From an uncultured beta proteobacterium (lineage in GTDB: Bacteria > Pseudomonadota > Gammaproteobacteria > Burkholderiales > Gallionellaceae): a stretch of 64,000 bases of DNA. The stretch spans positions 57,003 through 121,002 of the forward strand of contig CAWKIN010000006.1 in the NCBI GenBank assembly GCA_963849875.1, given 5' to 3'. How positions within the stretch are numbered: position 1 is the stretch's first letter; each line of letters begins with the position of its first letter. Both the position numbers and the translations under genes were made by a program. The notes beneath the pieces were generated by a model. The model was not told where the DNA came from, searched no databases, and saw nothing but the letters and a program-made list of their open reading frames with translations. Shown here piece by piece: positions 48,460-57,602 of this stretch.

Positions 48460-50208
48460 TTAATGCTCAGGCACGAACCAGTTCAACTTGTCGCGCAAAC
48501 CGACCACACCTCCGACGATGATCAGCGTCGGGGCCTGCGGCTTCTCGCGCTGCACGATACTAGGCAAGCTCGCCAACGTTCCAGTCAGCACACGCTGGTT
48601 CTGCGTCGTGCCCTGTTGCACCAGCGCGGCGGGCGTGCATGCGGCAAGTCCATGTTTTATGAGTTTTGTGCACAACGTCTCCAACCCTAGCAAGCCCATA
48701 TACACCACTACCGTTTGATGCGGTCTGGCCAGCGCGTCCCAATCCAGCTCCATACTGCCATCTTTGAGATGGCCGGTGACAAACACGCAGGATTGCGCGT
48801 GGTCACGATGCGTCAGCGGAATCCCGGCATAGGCAGCCACGCCCGATGCGGCCGTGATCCCGGGCACGATTTGGAATGGGATGCGATGTTGCGCCAACGT
48901 TTCTATCTCTTCCCCCCCGCGTCCGAAGATGAAAGGGTCGCCGCCTTTCAGACGCACCACTTGCTTACCCTGCAACGCCAATCGCACCAGCAGTTCGTTG
49001 ATGGCCTCCTGCGGCAGAGTATGTTGATCGCGCTGCTTGCCCACGAATATCTTCTCGGAATCCGCACGACCCATCGCGACGATGGCTGGCGCAACCAGAT
49101 TGTCGTACACCAGCACATCTGCGGCTTTTATCAGTCGCAAGGCGCGTACAGTCAGCAGGTCGGGATCGCCCGGCCCGGCGCCGACCAGCGCTACCGAACC
49201 TATGCTTTTCTGAACCGCCAATGGCGGTATCGGGAAAGCACCGCGATCTCGCGTCTGCCACCAATCACCCGCCAGTTGCATGGCTTGTGTCATATCAGCA
49301 GCTTTGCCCAGTGCGCGCAGGGAGATTGCAGCTGTTGCCATGACCGTAGCCAGCGCGTATTCATCCGCGATCTCGTCGCGCCACAACTGGCCCAAGCGGG
49401 ATATATCCATCGTCTCGTCTTTCACGTGACGTTGCGTAAACACTGCAGGCCAAACTTCTTCGTAGGGCTGCCCTTGCCACACCATGCGCGCCGTGCAGGC
49501 ACTGTCTGGATTGCGTTCCGCTTCGCCCCCTTCGCCTTTGAACACCGCAAGATTCTTATCACTCAACAATACTGCTGCGGCTTGATGTGCTTGGTCGTAA
49601 CCGGGGTGGAATATGCCTATCGTCGAAGCTTGGGCACCGGCGGGATTGAGCATGCGTACCACGCTATGCAGCGGTGAACGCAAGCCCAGTGTTGTTTTCA
49701 AGTCGAGCAACTGTTGCAAACGCGGATTGAGTACGTGCAGCGGGATATAGGTGAAATTACTACTTAAGATATGTTGTGCTGCCTCGGCATATGTCGCACC
49801 TGTTGCCACGCCCAGACTTGCAAGTGCTGTGTCGGCGCTTACGCGCCCTGGAATATGGATGCCGTGCATCAGCACTTTGACGCCATGCTGGGCAAGCAGT
49901 AATGCCGATAAAACGAACCAAGGCAGCTGGCGTCGCTTGCCCGCATAACAGGCCCAGTCCAAATCGACTGCGGGAAAGTTGTCCGGCACTTTAAGACTGG
50001 CACGTGCCGCACGCACCAAACCCGCTAATTCCTCGGGGGTTTCTTCTTTGACGCGCATCAGCATCAGAAACGCGCCCACTTGCTCCGGCTCCACTGGCCC
50101 GTTCAGGATCACGCGCATGGCCTGCTCGGCCTCGGCCATCGTCAGATTGCGCATACCTCGCCGCCCTTTACCGAGCGCTTGTATATAGATTGCAAAGGGG
50201 TGAACCAT
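48460..50208 (-). CDS. cobA: Fusion: YbiB/glycosyltransferase family 3-like domain plus uroporphyrinogen-III C-methyltransferase (CobA/CysG-A)
   Basis: N-part [41 protein letters not shown]; C-part [37 protein letters not shown]; one continuous frame. Confidence 0.85.
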   Translation of the reverse strand: MVHPFAIYIQALGKGRRGMRNLTMAEAEQAMRVILNGPVEPEQVGAFLMLMRVKEETPEELAGLVRAARASLKVPDNFPAVDLDWACYAGKRRQLPWFVLSALLLAQHGVKVLMHGIHIPGRVSADTALASLGVATGATYAEAAQHILSSNFTYIPLHVLNPRLQQLLDLKTTLGLRSPLHSVVRMLNPAGAQASTIGIFHPGYDQAHQAAAVLLSDKNLAVFKGEGGEAERNPDSACTARMVWQGQPYEEVWPAVFTQRHVKDETMDISRLGQLWRDEIADEYALATVMATAAISLRALGKAADMTQAMQLAGDWWQTRDRGAFPIPPLAVQKSIGSVALVGAGPGDPDLLTVRALRLIKAADVLVYDNLVAPAIVAMGRADSEKIFVGKQRDQHTLPQEAINELLVRLALQGKQVVRLKGGDPFIFGRGGEEIETLAQHRIPFQIVPGITAASGVAAYAGIPLTHRDHAQSCVFVTGHLKDGSMELDWDALARPHQTVVVYMGLLGLETLCTKLIKHGLAACTPAALVQQGTTQNQRVLTGTLASLPSIVQREKPQAPTLIIVGGVVGLRDKLNWFVPEH

Positions 50209-50283
50209 GTGGAGGATTTTGCTTGGGTTATACGTCGGGTAATGTTTGTAGGTCAGTCGCGCAAGATCAAGGACAGACTTCAA

Positions 50284-50321
50284 GCAATAAAAAAACCAGC
50301 CGGAGCTGGTTTTTTTATTGC
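50284..50321. terminator. Strong terminator downstream of small ORF 1
   Basis: GCAATAAAAAAACCAGC-CGGA-GCTGGTTTTTTTATTGC (17-bp stem). Confidence 0.85.
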
Positions 50322-50338
50322 AGCAAAAACTTCTAAGC

Positions 50339-50434
50339 TTAGTGGCTAGCAAACAGTTGCTTCACCATCCACAAAGAAAAAGTCAAAGCGGCAAGAAAGG
50401 TACCAACTGCGGAAATTGTAGCGATAAACGACAT
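50339..50434 (-). CDS. 31-aa single-TM small protein (paralog 1): [31 protein letters not shown]
   Basis: GGAGGAG RBS 7 nt before ATG; terminator follows; same length as and similar to 50629-50724. Confidence 0.75.
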   Translation of the reverse strand: MSFIATISAVGTFLAALTFSLWMVKQLFASH

Positions 50435-50628
50435 TTTATTCTCCTCCCGAGAGCATTAAAAAAGACCACACCCAAACAACTGGTATGCATCCTAGCACAA
50501 AATATTTTTCAGAAAAACATTTTGTTCATAGATTGTATGCCCAACAGCTAAACGCCATAGGCACAAGGAGGAGAAAAACAGCAAAAATTACGGGGGAGCC
50601 GGCTTACCTGACTCCCTATTAAATCGAC

Positions 50629-50724
50629 TTACTTGCTTTTAACGACTTGGATTATCATCCAAGCGGCGAACACGACGGCGAGAGTTGCAGTGAACAGACT
50701 TGCGAAAGTAGCGACGTATGACAT
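50629..50724 (-). CDS. 31-aa single-TM small protein (paralog 2): MSYVATFASLFTATLAVVFAAWMIIQVVKSK
   Basis: AAGGA RBS; GGGAG..CTCCC hairpin plus T run downstream (~50583-50616); paralog of 50339-50434. Confidence 0.75.
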   Translation of the reverse strand: MSYVATFASLFTATLAVVFAAWMIIQVVKSK

Positions 50725-50920
50725 TATTATTCCTTCCCTTAGAATTAGTTTAAATCCCAACCCGACAATACTTGATTAAATCTTTTCGCATTACCTGACT
50801 GAAACTTTTCGGATTATATAAGTAAAATTGTCAGGAATACACGTAAATTAAATAAGGCTACTAAAGTTTTTCTCCAGTTCATTGCGGCTTTTCTTCTTTC
50901 CATCAAACAGGCATTACACC

Positions 50921-52243
50921 TTGCAAAAAAAACTCTATATCAAAACTTATGGTTGCCAAATGAACGAGTACGACTCGGACAAGATGGCTGACGTGATGCG
51001 CAACTACGACGGCATGGTGCAGACCGACAAGCCCGAAGAAGCTGATGTCATTCTGTTCAACACTTGTTCGATACGCGAAAAGGCCGAGGACAAGGTGTTC
51101 TCCGATCTGGGGCGCGTGCGTCCCTATAAGTTGGCTAATCCGAATCTCATCATCGGCGTGGGCGGCTGTGTGGCAAGTCAGGAAGGCGCGACCATCGCCA
51201 AGCGCGCGCCATATGTGGATGTAGTGTTCGGCCCGCAGACCCTGCACCGTCTGCCGCAATTGATACAGGCGCGCAAGGACACTGGCCTCACGCAGATCGA
51301 CATCAGTTTTCCCGAGATCGAAAAGTTCGACCATCTGCCCACTACGGCGACTTCTACGGGTACGGCCTTTGTTTCCATCATGGAAGGGTGCAGCAAGTAC
51401 TGCACCTTCTGTGTGGTGCCTTATACGCGCGGTGAAGAGGTATCGCGCCCCTTGAAGGATGTACTGCGCGAGATCAACGAGCTGGTCGCATTGGGCGTAA
51501 AGGAAGTCACGTTACTGGGACAGAACGTCAATGCTTATCAGGGCGACACGGAGGATGGGGAGCTGGTGGATTTCGCTTATCTGATACAGGCTGTCGCAGC
51601 CATCGACGGAATAGGCCGCATCCGCTATAGCACCTCACATCCCAAAGAGATGACGCAACGCTTGATCGACTTGTACGGCAATACGCCCAAGCTGGTCAGT
51701 CACTTGCATCTGCCGGTGCAGTCAGGCTCGGATCGAGTCTTGGCTGCAATGAAACGCGGCCACACCGTGCTTGAATACAAATCCATCATCCGCCGTGTGC
51801 GCGCCCTGCGCCCCGACATCTGCGTCACTTCGGATTTCATCGTGGGCTTCCCGGGCGAGACCGAACAGGATTTCGAGGCGACGATGAAGTTGATCGATAA
51901 CATCGGTTTCGACAACAGCTTCAGCTTCCTGTACAGCCCTCGCCCAGGCACCCCAGCCGTGGAAATGCGCGATGACACGCCACACGAGATCAAAGCGACG
52001 CGTTTGAAACGCCTGCAAGACCGCATCATGGAGCAAGAAGCTGCTGTAGCAGCGGGGATGCTGGGCACGACGCAACGTGCGTTGGTAGAATCTGTGTCGA
52101 AAAAGGATGCTGCAGAAATGGCGGCGCGTACCGACAACAACCGTGTGGTGAATTTTGTCGGCTCACCCGACCTCATCGGTCAATTCATAAACGTGAAAAT
52201 CACCCAAGTGGTACGCCACACGCTGCGCGGAGAACGCGTATGA
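50921..52243 (+). CDS. miaB: tRNA-2-methylthio-N6-dimethylallyladenosine synthase
   Basis: [38 protein letters not shown]; TTG start inferred. Confidence 0.96.
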   Translation: MQKKLYIKTYGCQMNEYDSDKMADVMRNYDGMVQTDKPEEADVILFNTCSIREKAEDKVFSDLGRVRPYKLANPNLIIGVGGCVASQEGATIAKRAPYVDVVFGPQTLHRLPQLIQARKDTGLTQIDISFPEIEKFDHLPTTATSTGTAFVSIMEGCSKYCTFCVVPYTRGEEVSRPLKDVLREINELVALGVKEVTLLGQNVNAYQGDTEDGELVDFAYLIQAVAAIDGIGRIRYSTSHPKEMTQRLIDLYGNTPKLVSHLHLPVQSGSDRVLAAMKRGHTVLEYKSIIRRVRALRPDICVTSDFIVGFPGETEQDFEATMKLIDNIGFDNSFSFLYSPRPGTPAVEMRDDTPHEIKATRLKRLQDRIMEQEAAVAAGMLGTTQRALVESVSKKDAAEMAARTDNNRVVNFVGSPDLIGQFINVKITQVVRHTLRGERV

Positions 52244-52698
52244 GCAAGCCCTCACAACCTCCAGCAAAAAATAAACTGTCCTTGGCGGTTCAATACGTCA
52301 GTGCCAGCGACAGTTTGCCGACCCGCGCACAGTTGCGCCGCTGGTTCAAGGCCGCACTTCTGGGTGATGTCAACGTCACGCTGCGAATCGTCGATGAAAC
52401 CGAAGGACGTGAATTGAACCACACCTATCGCGGCAAAGATTACGCGACTAATGTGCTGACCTTCGTCTATGACGACACTCCCGTGAGCGGCGATGTGGTG
52501 ATCTGCGCTCCGGTGGTGGCAAAAGAAGCCGCAGAACAAGGTAAAGACCTGCTGGCACATTATGCGCACATGACCATCCATTCAGCCCTGCATCTACAAG
52601 GCTATGACCACGAAGTCGAGCAGGAGGCGGAACAGATGGAAGCCTTGGAAACGGCAATAATGCTAAAATTGCGCTTCGCAAATCCTTATCAAAGTTGA
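52240..52698 (+). CDS. ybeY: rRNA maturation endoribonuclease
   Basis: [13 protein letters not shown] and H...HLQGYDH. Confidence 0.93.
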   Translation: MSKPSQPPAKNKLSLAVQYVSASDSLPTRAQLRRWFKAALLGDVNVTLRIVDETEGRELNHTYRGKDYATNVLTFVYDDTPVSGDVVICAPVVAKEAAEQGKDLLAHYAHMTIHSALHLQGYDHEVEQEAEQMEALETAIMLKLRFANPYQS

Positions 52699-52710
52699 TA
52701 CCCCCAAGAA

Positions 52711-53550
52711 ATGGACTCACCCGAGAGTAGCAAACCCAGTCTGTTAGAACGTTTATCCACGCTGCTGCTGCGTGAGCCCGAAGACCGCGAACAACTCATA
52801 CAGTTGCTTTACGGCGCCTATAAAAAGAACCTGCTGGATGCCGATGCCTTGGCCATGATGGAAGGCGTATTGCAGGTCTCCGAACGGCAAGTGCGCGAAA
52901 TCATGATCCCCCGCGCACAAATGGATGTCATCGACATCAGCCAATCACCCGACAAATTCATCCCCTTCGTCATCGAGACCGCGCACTCGCGTTTCCCCGT
53001 CACCGACGGCGACAAGGACAACATCATAGGCATCCTGCTGGCGAAAGACCTGCTGCGCTACTACGCGGGAGAAGAGTTCAACGTACGCGACATGCTGCGT
53101 CCGGCCGTGTTCGTCCCGGAATCGAAACGTCTCAACGTGCTGCTCAGCGACTTCCGCAGTAACCGCAACCACATCGCGCTGGTCGTGGATGAATATGGCG
53201 GCGTATCCGGTATGGTCACCATAGAGGACGTGCTGGAACAGATCGTCGGTGACATCGCCGACGAATACGACTTCGACGAAGACGAGGACAACATCATCCG
53301 CCAGGACAACACGCACTGGCGCGTCAAAGCGGACACCGAGATCGCCGTATTCAACGAGGTGATGGGCACAGAATTCTCGGACGAGGAATGTGACACGGTA
53401 GGCGGGCTGGTACTGAAAGCAGCCGGACAACTGCCTAAACGCGACGACCATATCGTCATAGCAGACCTTAGCTTCACCGTACTAAGAGCCGATAGCCGCA
53501 GGCTATATTCGCTCCTGGTCGAACGCACCACACTCACCGGCGCGATATAA
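52711..53550 (+). CDS. corC: HlyC/CorC CBS-domain transporter-associated protein
   Basis: VREIMIPR, HSRFPV, VVDEYGG.SG.VTIEDVLEQIVG. Confidence 0.92.
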   Translation: MDSPESSKPSLLERLSTLLLREPEDREQLIQLLYGAYKKNLLDADALAMMEGVLQVSERQVREIMIPRAQMDVIDISQSPDKFIPFVIETAHSRFPVTDGDKDNIIGILLAKDLLRYYAGEEFNVRDMLRPAVFVPESKRLNVLLSDFRSNRNHIALVVDEYGGVSGMVTIEDVLEQIVGDIADEYDFDEDEDNIIRQDNTHWRVKADTEIAVFNEVMGTEFSDEECDTVGGLVLKAAGQLPKRDDHIVIADLSFTVLRADSRRLYSLLVERTTLTGAI

Positions 53551-53605
53551 AAATAAAACGCCCTCGCACTGAGTGCAGAGGGCGTTGTCGACTCACCACC
53601 CAACG

Positions 53606-54337
53606 CTAAAACTGTTCGTTCTCGCCCAGATAGCGCCACTGCCCTACAGGCAGATCACCCAACTTTACCTTGCCGATGCGGATGCGTTTCAATCCGGTGA
53701 CTTTCAAACCGACCAGTTCACACATGCGGCGAATCTGGCGCTTCTTGCCCTCACGCAGCACGAAACGTAGCTGATCCTCGTTCTGCCAAGTGACTTTGGC
53801 TGGCTTGAGGTACTCCCCGTCCAACTTCAGGCCTTGGCACAACAGGGCGAGGCCACTGTCTTCGAGTGTGCCTTGCACGCGCACCAGATACTCTTTGTCG
53901 ACCTTGGAGTCTTCACCTATCAATTGCTTGGCGATGCGGCCATCCTGGGTGAGCACCAGCAGACCTTGTGAATCGATGTCCAAGCGACCGGCGGGCGCGA
54001 GCCCCAGATGCTGACTGCGGTGAAAGCGGGTCGGTGACGGGTCATTCGCCCAGTGCGTACTTTCATCGAACAACACGCTGGCGGGCTTATAACCGTGCTC
54101 GGCTTGTCCTGAGACATAGGCGATAGGCTTGTTCAGCAAAATGGTGACGCGTTCCTGCTGGCTATTCTGTGCGGCGGTGCGCAACGTGATTTTTTGATCG
54201 GCCGTCACCTTGCTGCCCAGTTGACTGACCGGCACACCGTCGACTTCGACCCAGCCTTTTTCGATATAGACATCGGCTTCGCGACGGGAGCATAGACCGA
54301 GTTCGGACATGCGTTTGGAGAGACGGATTTTTTCCAT
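53606..54337 (-). CDS. rRNA pseudouridine synthase (RsuA/RluF family)
   Basis: S4 domain CSRREAD, GRLDIDS.GLL, EGKKRQIRRM. Confidence 0.92.
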   Translation of the reverse strand: MEKIRLSKRMSELGLCSRREADVYIEKGWVEVDGVPVSQLGSKVTADQKITLRTAAQNSQQERVTILLNKPIAYVSGQAEHGYKPASVLFDESTHWANDPSPTRFHRSQHLGLAPAGRLDIDSQGLLVLTQDGRIAKQLIGEDSKVDKEYLVRVQGTLEDSGLALLCQGLKLDGEYLKPAKVTWQNEDQLRFVLREGKKRQIRRMCELVGLKVTGLKRIRIGKVKLGDLPVGQWRYLGENEQF

Positions 54338-54455
54338 GATTTACTTGATGACTGATGTGCAACGTGCAATACGTAAGGGGCGGATTCTACGCTATTGCGG
54401 ATGCGGGCATAAAGAAACGCGGCACCAGGCCGCGCTTGCGGGAGGTGATACGAAC

Positions 54456-55448
54456 TCAATAACTATGACTCACCCCCACCGAGAACGACCACGGTGCCGT
54501 CAATTGACCATAGGGCGTTCCTTTGGGATCGGGGTTCGCGTACTGGTAAAGCGATAATTGCACGAAGCTATACAGTCTGGTCCCATGAGCGACAGCGACA
54601 CTCACTCCAGGACTGAGGTTGAGACTACGGCCACCCGTATGCGGGTTCATATTCAAGGCGCTGCCACTATCGGCCTTTTTATACTGTGCATTGAGTTGCA
54701 GCAGTCCGCTCACGGCTGACGTAACGGTGTAATTCGCCCCCACATCCAGCGCCATATCGTCACCCGGACGGTAATCGTTCTTCAACGCCACCGCAGTCTG
54801 CAGTTGCGTACTGGCGAACCAAGCCCACGGCGTATCGGCCACTTCCTGGTAGTGATATGCACCCAGCACGATGTCCGTGCTGCCTGAGCCGGGTTGCAAG
54901 CCGGCTTCCATCGGTGTGCCGGGTACCATGTCCAGATGGGTCTTGCCGGTAGGGAGCTTCAAGCCAAAGCGAAATCCGTCACCCGATTGATGATCGTTAC
55001 CTGCCAGCTTGTAATTACCCAGCAGACGGATATCCCCCAACTCGGAATAACTTTTTTGCGCAGCACCGACCAGCGCCGGATTAGTATCGGCAAGCTGGTG
55101 CGAGTGATCACGCATCACCAGCGGTATATCCAGAGCGACACCCCATTGCGTATCGATGGCATAAGCCATGTCCATATTCAAAGTCTGATTGATGGTGCGC
55201 TGATTCTCCACTTCGCTACCCGGCGCAAAAGCCGGGTCGGTCGCAACCGGCTTGGCTACCTTGTTCGAGCCGACCCGCGGGGTGTCCGCCTTGGCATAGG
55301 TATAGCGCAGATCGATGCGCAACCGTTCTTCAGACGCCATACCCTGCGTATCCCAATGCGTGTTCACCGAACAGAACGACGAGCCACAGCCCGCATAGGC
55401 GGTCGAGGCGGTAGTGAGCAATGCAATAACGAGCAACTTACGTTTCAT
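54456..55448 (-). CDS. Outer-membrane beta-barrel/transporter-like protein with an N-terminal CxxxxC
   Basis: Signal peptide then CGSSFC; GLKLPTG...LQPGSGSTD; C-terminal aromatic residue (VSHSY). Confidence 0.7.
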   Translation of the reverse strand: MKRKLLVIALLTTASTAYAGCGSSFCSVNTHWDTQGMASEERLRIDLRYTYAKADTPRVGSNKVAKPVATDPAFAPGSEVENQRTINQTLNMDMAYAIDTQWGVALDIPLVMRDHSHQLADTNPALVGAAQKSYSELGDIRLLGNYKLAGNDHQSGDGFRFGLKLPTGKTHLDMVPGTPMEAGLQPGSGSTDIVLGAYHYQEVADTPWAWFASTQLQTAVALKNDYRPGDDMALDVGANYTVTSAVSGLLQLNAQYKKADSGSALNMNPHTGGRSLNLSPGVSVAVAHGTRLYSFVQLSLYQYANPDPKGTPYGQLTAPWSFSVGVSHSY

Positions 55449-55606
55449 TTGTACGACCCTGTATCGATAATCTTGAGCACGAATTGTAGCCATATATCCG
55501 TACCCTACCCTGTGACATATTGTCGCAGTACACGACCACTCAGATTAGCGGGGGCCGCCCCGTATCGGTTATGCTGTGCGGGTTTTGCGTTACCCGAAAT
55601 CTGCTC

Positions 55607-57103
55607 ATGCACCCAAGTCATAAGTACTACCTCTACGCCCTGCTGTCCGGCGCGCTGTGCGTGTTCGGTTATGCTCCGTTCCATCTCTTTCCGGTTCCAA
55701 TATTGGCACTCACTGTGCTGTTCATTCTTTGGCAACGCGAGGAGACGAACAAAGCAGCTGCCCTGTTGGGATTCTGGTTCGGCTTGGGCTTCTTTGCCAG
55801 CGGCATCAGCTGGATCTACGTGGCGCTGCACGACTATGGGGACATGCCGCTGTGGCTGGCCCTGCCCGCCACAGTGTTGTTCGCCGCATTCCTCGCGTTG
55901 TTGCCCACCCTAGCCGGCTATGTGCAAGCACGCTTCCGTGCCAGTCCCCCGATACGTTTTCTAGTTGCGATGCCAGCCAGCTGGGTGGCAGTGGAATGGC
56001 TACGCGGCACCTTGTTCACCGGCTTCCCTTGGCTGTCCTTGGGCTATGCACATAGCGACAGTCCGCTGGCAGGTTACGCCCCCATACTCGGCGTGTATGG
56101 CGTATCGCTCATCGCGGCCTTGAGTGCGGGCGCCCTTGCATGGATCTGGCAAACACGCTGGAGCAGAGCAGGCAGATTCACCGTGTTGCTACTGTTAGTC
56201 TTATGGGGCGGCGGCGCACTGCTACGTGGCATCGCCTGGACACAGCCACAAGGAGCGCCTTTCAGCGTGGCGTTGATACAAGGCAACATTGCTCAAGACT
56301 TGAAGTTCAACGAGGACGCATTGATCGGCACGTTGGAGACCTATCGCCGCCACATCTTGGAGAACGACGCCCGTCTGACGGTATTGCCGGAAAGCGCCTT
56401 TCCCCTGTTACGCAGCGAAGTCCCGCCACAACTGGTCGAACAGATACGAGCGCACGCCAGGCTCACCGTCGGCGATGTGCTGATAGGCTCTTTCGCCAGC
56501 GAAGACCGGCGTTACTACAACAATGTGTTCGCTCTGGGCGCATCCGAGAACCGCTTTGCCGAAGACCTGCATTACCGCAAGCAGCACCTCGTGCCGTTCG
56601 GCGAATTCATCCCGTTGCGCCCGCTGCTAGGCTGGTTCATCAACGGCGTGCTCGACATCCCCATGGGCGACCTGAGCAGCGGCGGTACAACTCAAAAACC
56701 GCTGGCAGTCGCGGGACAGCAAGTGGCAATGAACATCTGCTACGAGGATGTGTTCGGCGAAGAGATCATCCGCGCACTCCCGCAAGCCACGATCCTGGTG
56801 AACGTAACCAATGATGCCTGGTACGGTGACTCCTGGGCGGCCGAGCAACACAATCAGATTTCGCAACTGCGCGCACTGGAAAGCGGACGCATGATGCTGC
56901 GCGCCACCAATACCGGCGTGACGTCCATCATCGCAACGAATGGCAAGGTGTTGCAACGTCTGCCGGAACATGAAGAAGCGGTGTTGCGAGGTATGGCACA
57001 AGGCTATACGGGCAGCACGCCTTATGTACGCTGGGGCAATGCGGCGGTGCTGGCACAGCTGTTTGCCATGCTGGGTTTTGCCTGGCTCAGGCGAACCCGG
57101 TGA
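55607..57103 (+). CDS. lnt: Apolipoprotein N-acyltransferase
   Basis: TGFPW..LGY, QGNI.Q..K, PESA, YRKQHLVPFGE, ICYED, TNDAWYG. Confidence 0.95.
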   Translation: MHPSHKYYLYALLSGALCVFGYAPFHLFPVPILALTVLFILWQREETNKAAALLGFWFGLGFFASGISWIYVALHDYGDMPLWLALPATVLFAAFLALLPTLAGYVQARFRASPPIRFLVAMPASWVAVEWLRGTLFTGFPWLSLGYAHSDSPLAGYAPILGVYGVSLIAALSAGALAWIWQTRWSRAGRFTVLLLLVLWGGGALLRGIAWTQPQGAPFSVALIQGNIAQDLKFNEDALIGTLETYRRHILENDARLTVLPESAFPLLRSEVPPQLVEQIRAHARLTVGDVLIGSFASEDRRYYNNVFALGASENRFAEDLHYRKQHLVPFGEFIPLRPLLGWFINGVLDIPMGDLSSGGTTQKPLAVAGQQVAMNICYEDVFGEEIIRALPQATILVNVTNDAWYGDSWAAEQHNQISQLRALESGRMMLRATNTGVTSIIATNGKVLQRLPEHEEAVLRGMAQGYTGSTPYVRWGNAAVLAQLFAMLGFAWLRRTR

Positions 57104-57360
57104 GCTGGCACTGCTATATCCTGCGTTGCGCCGATGACACGCTGTACTGCGGCATCACCAACGACTTGGCGAAACGTATCGCCGCCCACAACGACGGAAC
57201 GGCCGCGAAATACACGCGGACACGCGGCCCGGTCGCTGTGGTGTATGTGGAGGATTGCGCGGACAGGTCGTCAGCCTCGAAACGGGAGATGGCGATCAAG
57301 AAATTGAAACGCGAACAAAAAATTGCGCTGATAGCATCTTATTGTACGAACAATTTATAA
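57100..57360 (+). CDS. GIY-YIG nuclease (YhbQ/UPF0213)
   Basis: YILRC.D.TLY.GITNDL..R...HN.G..AKYTR.R.P. Confidence 0.9.
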   Translation: MSWHCYILRCADDTLYCGITNDLAKRIAAHNDGTAAKYTRTRGPVAVVYVEDCADRSSASKREMAIKKLKREQKIALIASYCTNNL

Positions 57361-57602
57361 CAGCCGTTTATATCCGCATAGCAAGTCACGCTGAGGCTAT
57401 GCTGCATTCAGCACGACATATCGAATGACCAGAATATGAACAAGTTAGACCCAATGAAATCTGTCGCCACGTTTTACCTGCTGTGCTGTTTATCTGCGCT
57501 TCAGCCCACCCCTATTTCAACGGGTGGCGAACAACACGCGTGGTCATTCAGCATTCGAAACAGACACTCATATTTTGGGGAGTGTTAAAAACAACACCCA
57601 GA

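Noticed and set aside
50772-50785. TTGATTAAATC as an FNR box for the small ORFs
   Set aside because: Spacing and the right half-site do not fit TTGAT-N4-ATCAA
57100-57360. GIY-YIG gene as the mobiliser of the palindromic repeats
   Set aside because: It is an ordinary YhbQ-type gene coupled to lnt, with no repeats flanking it
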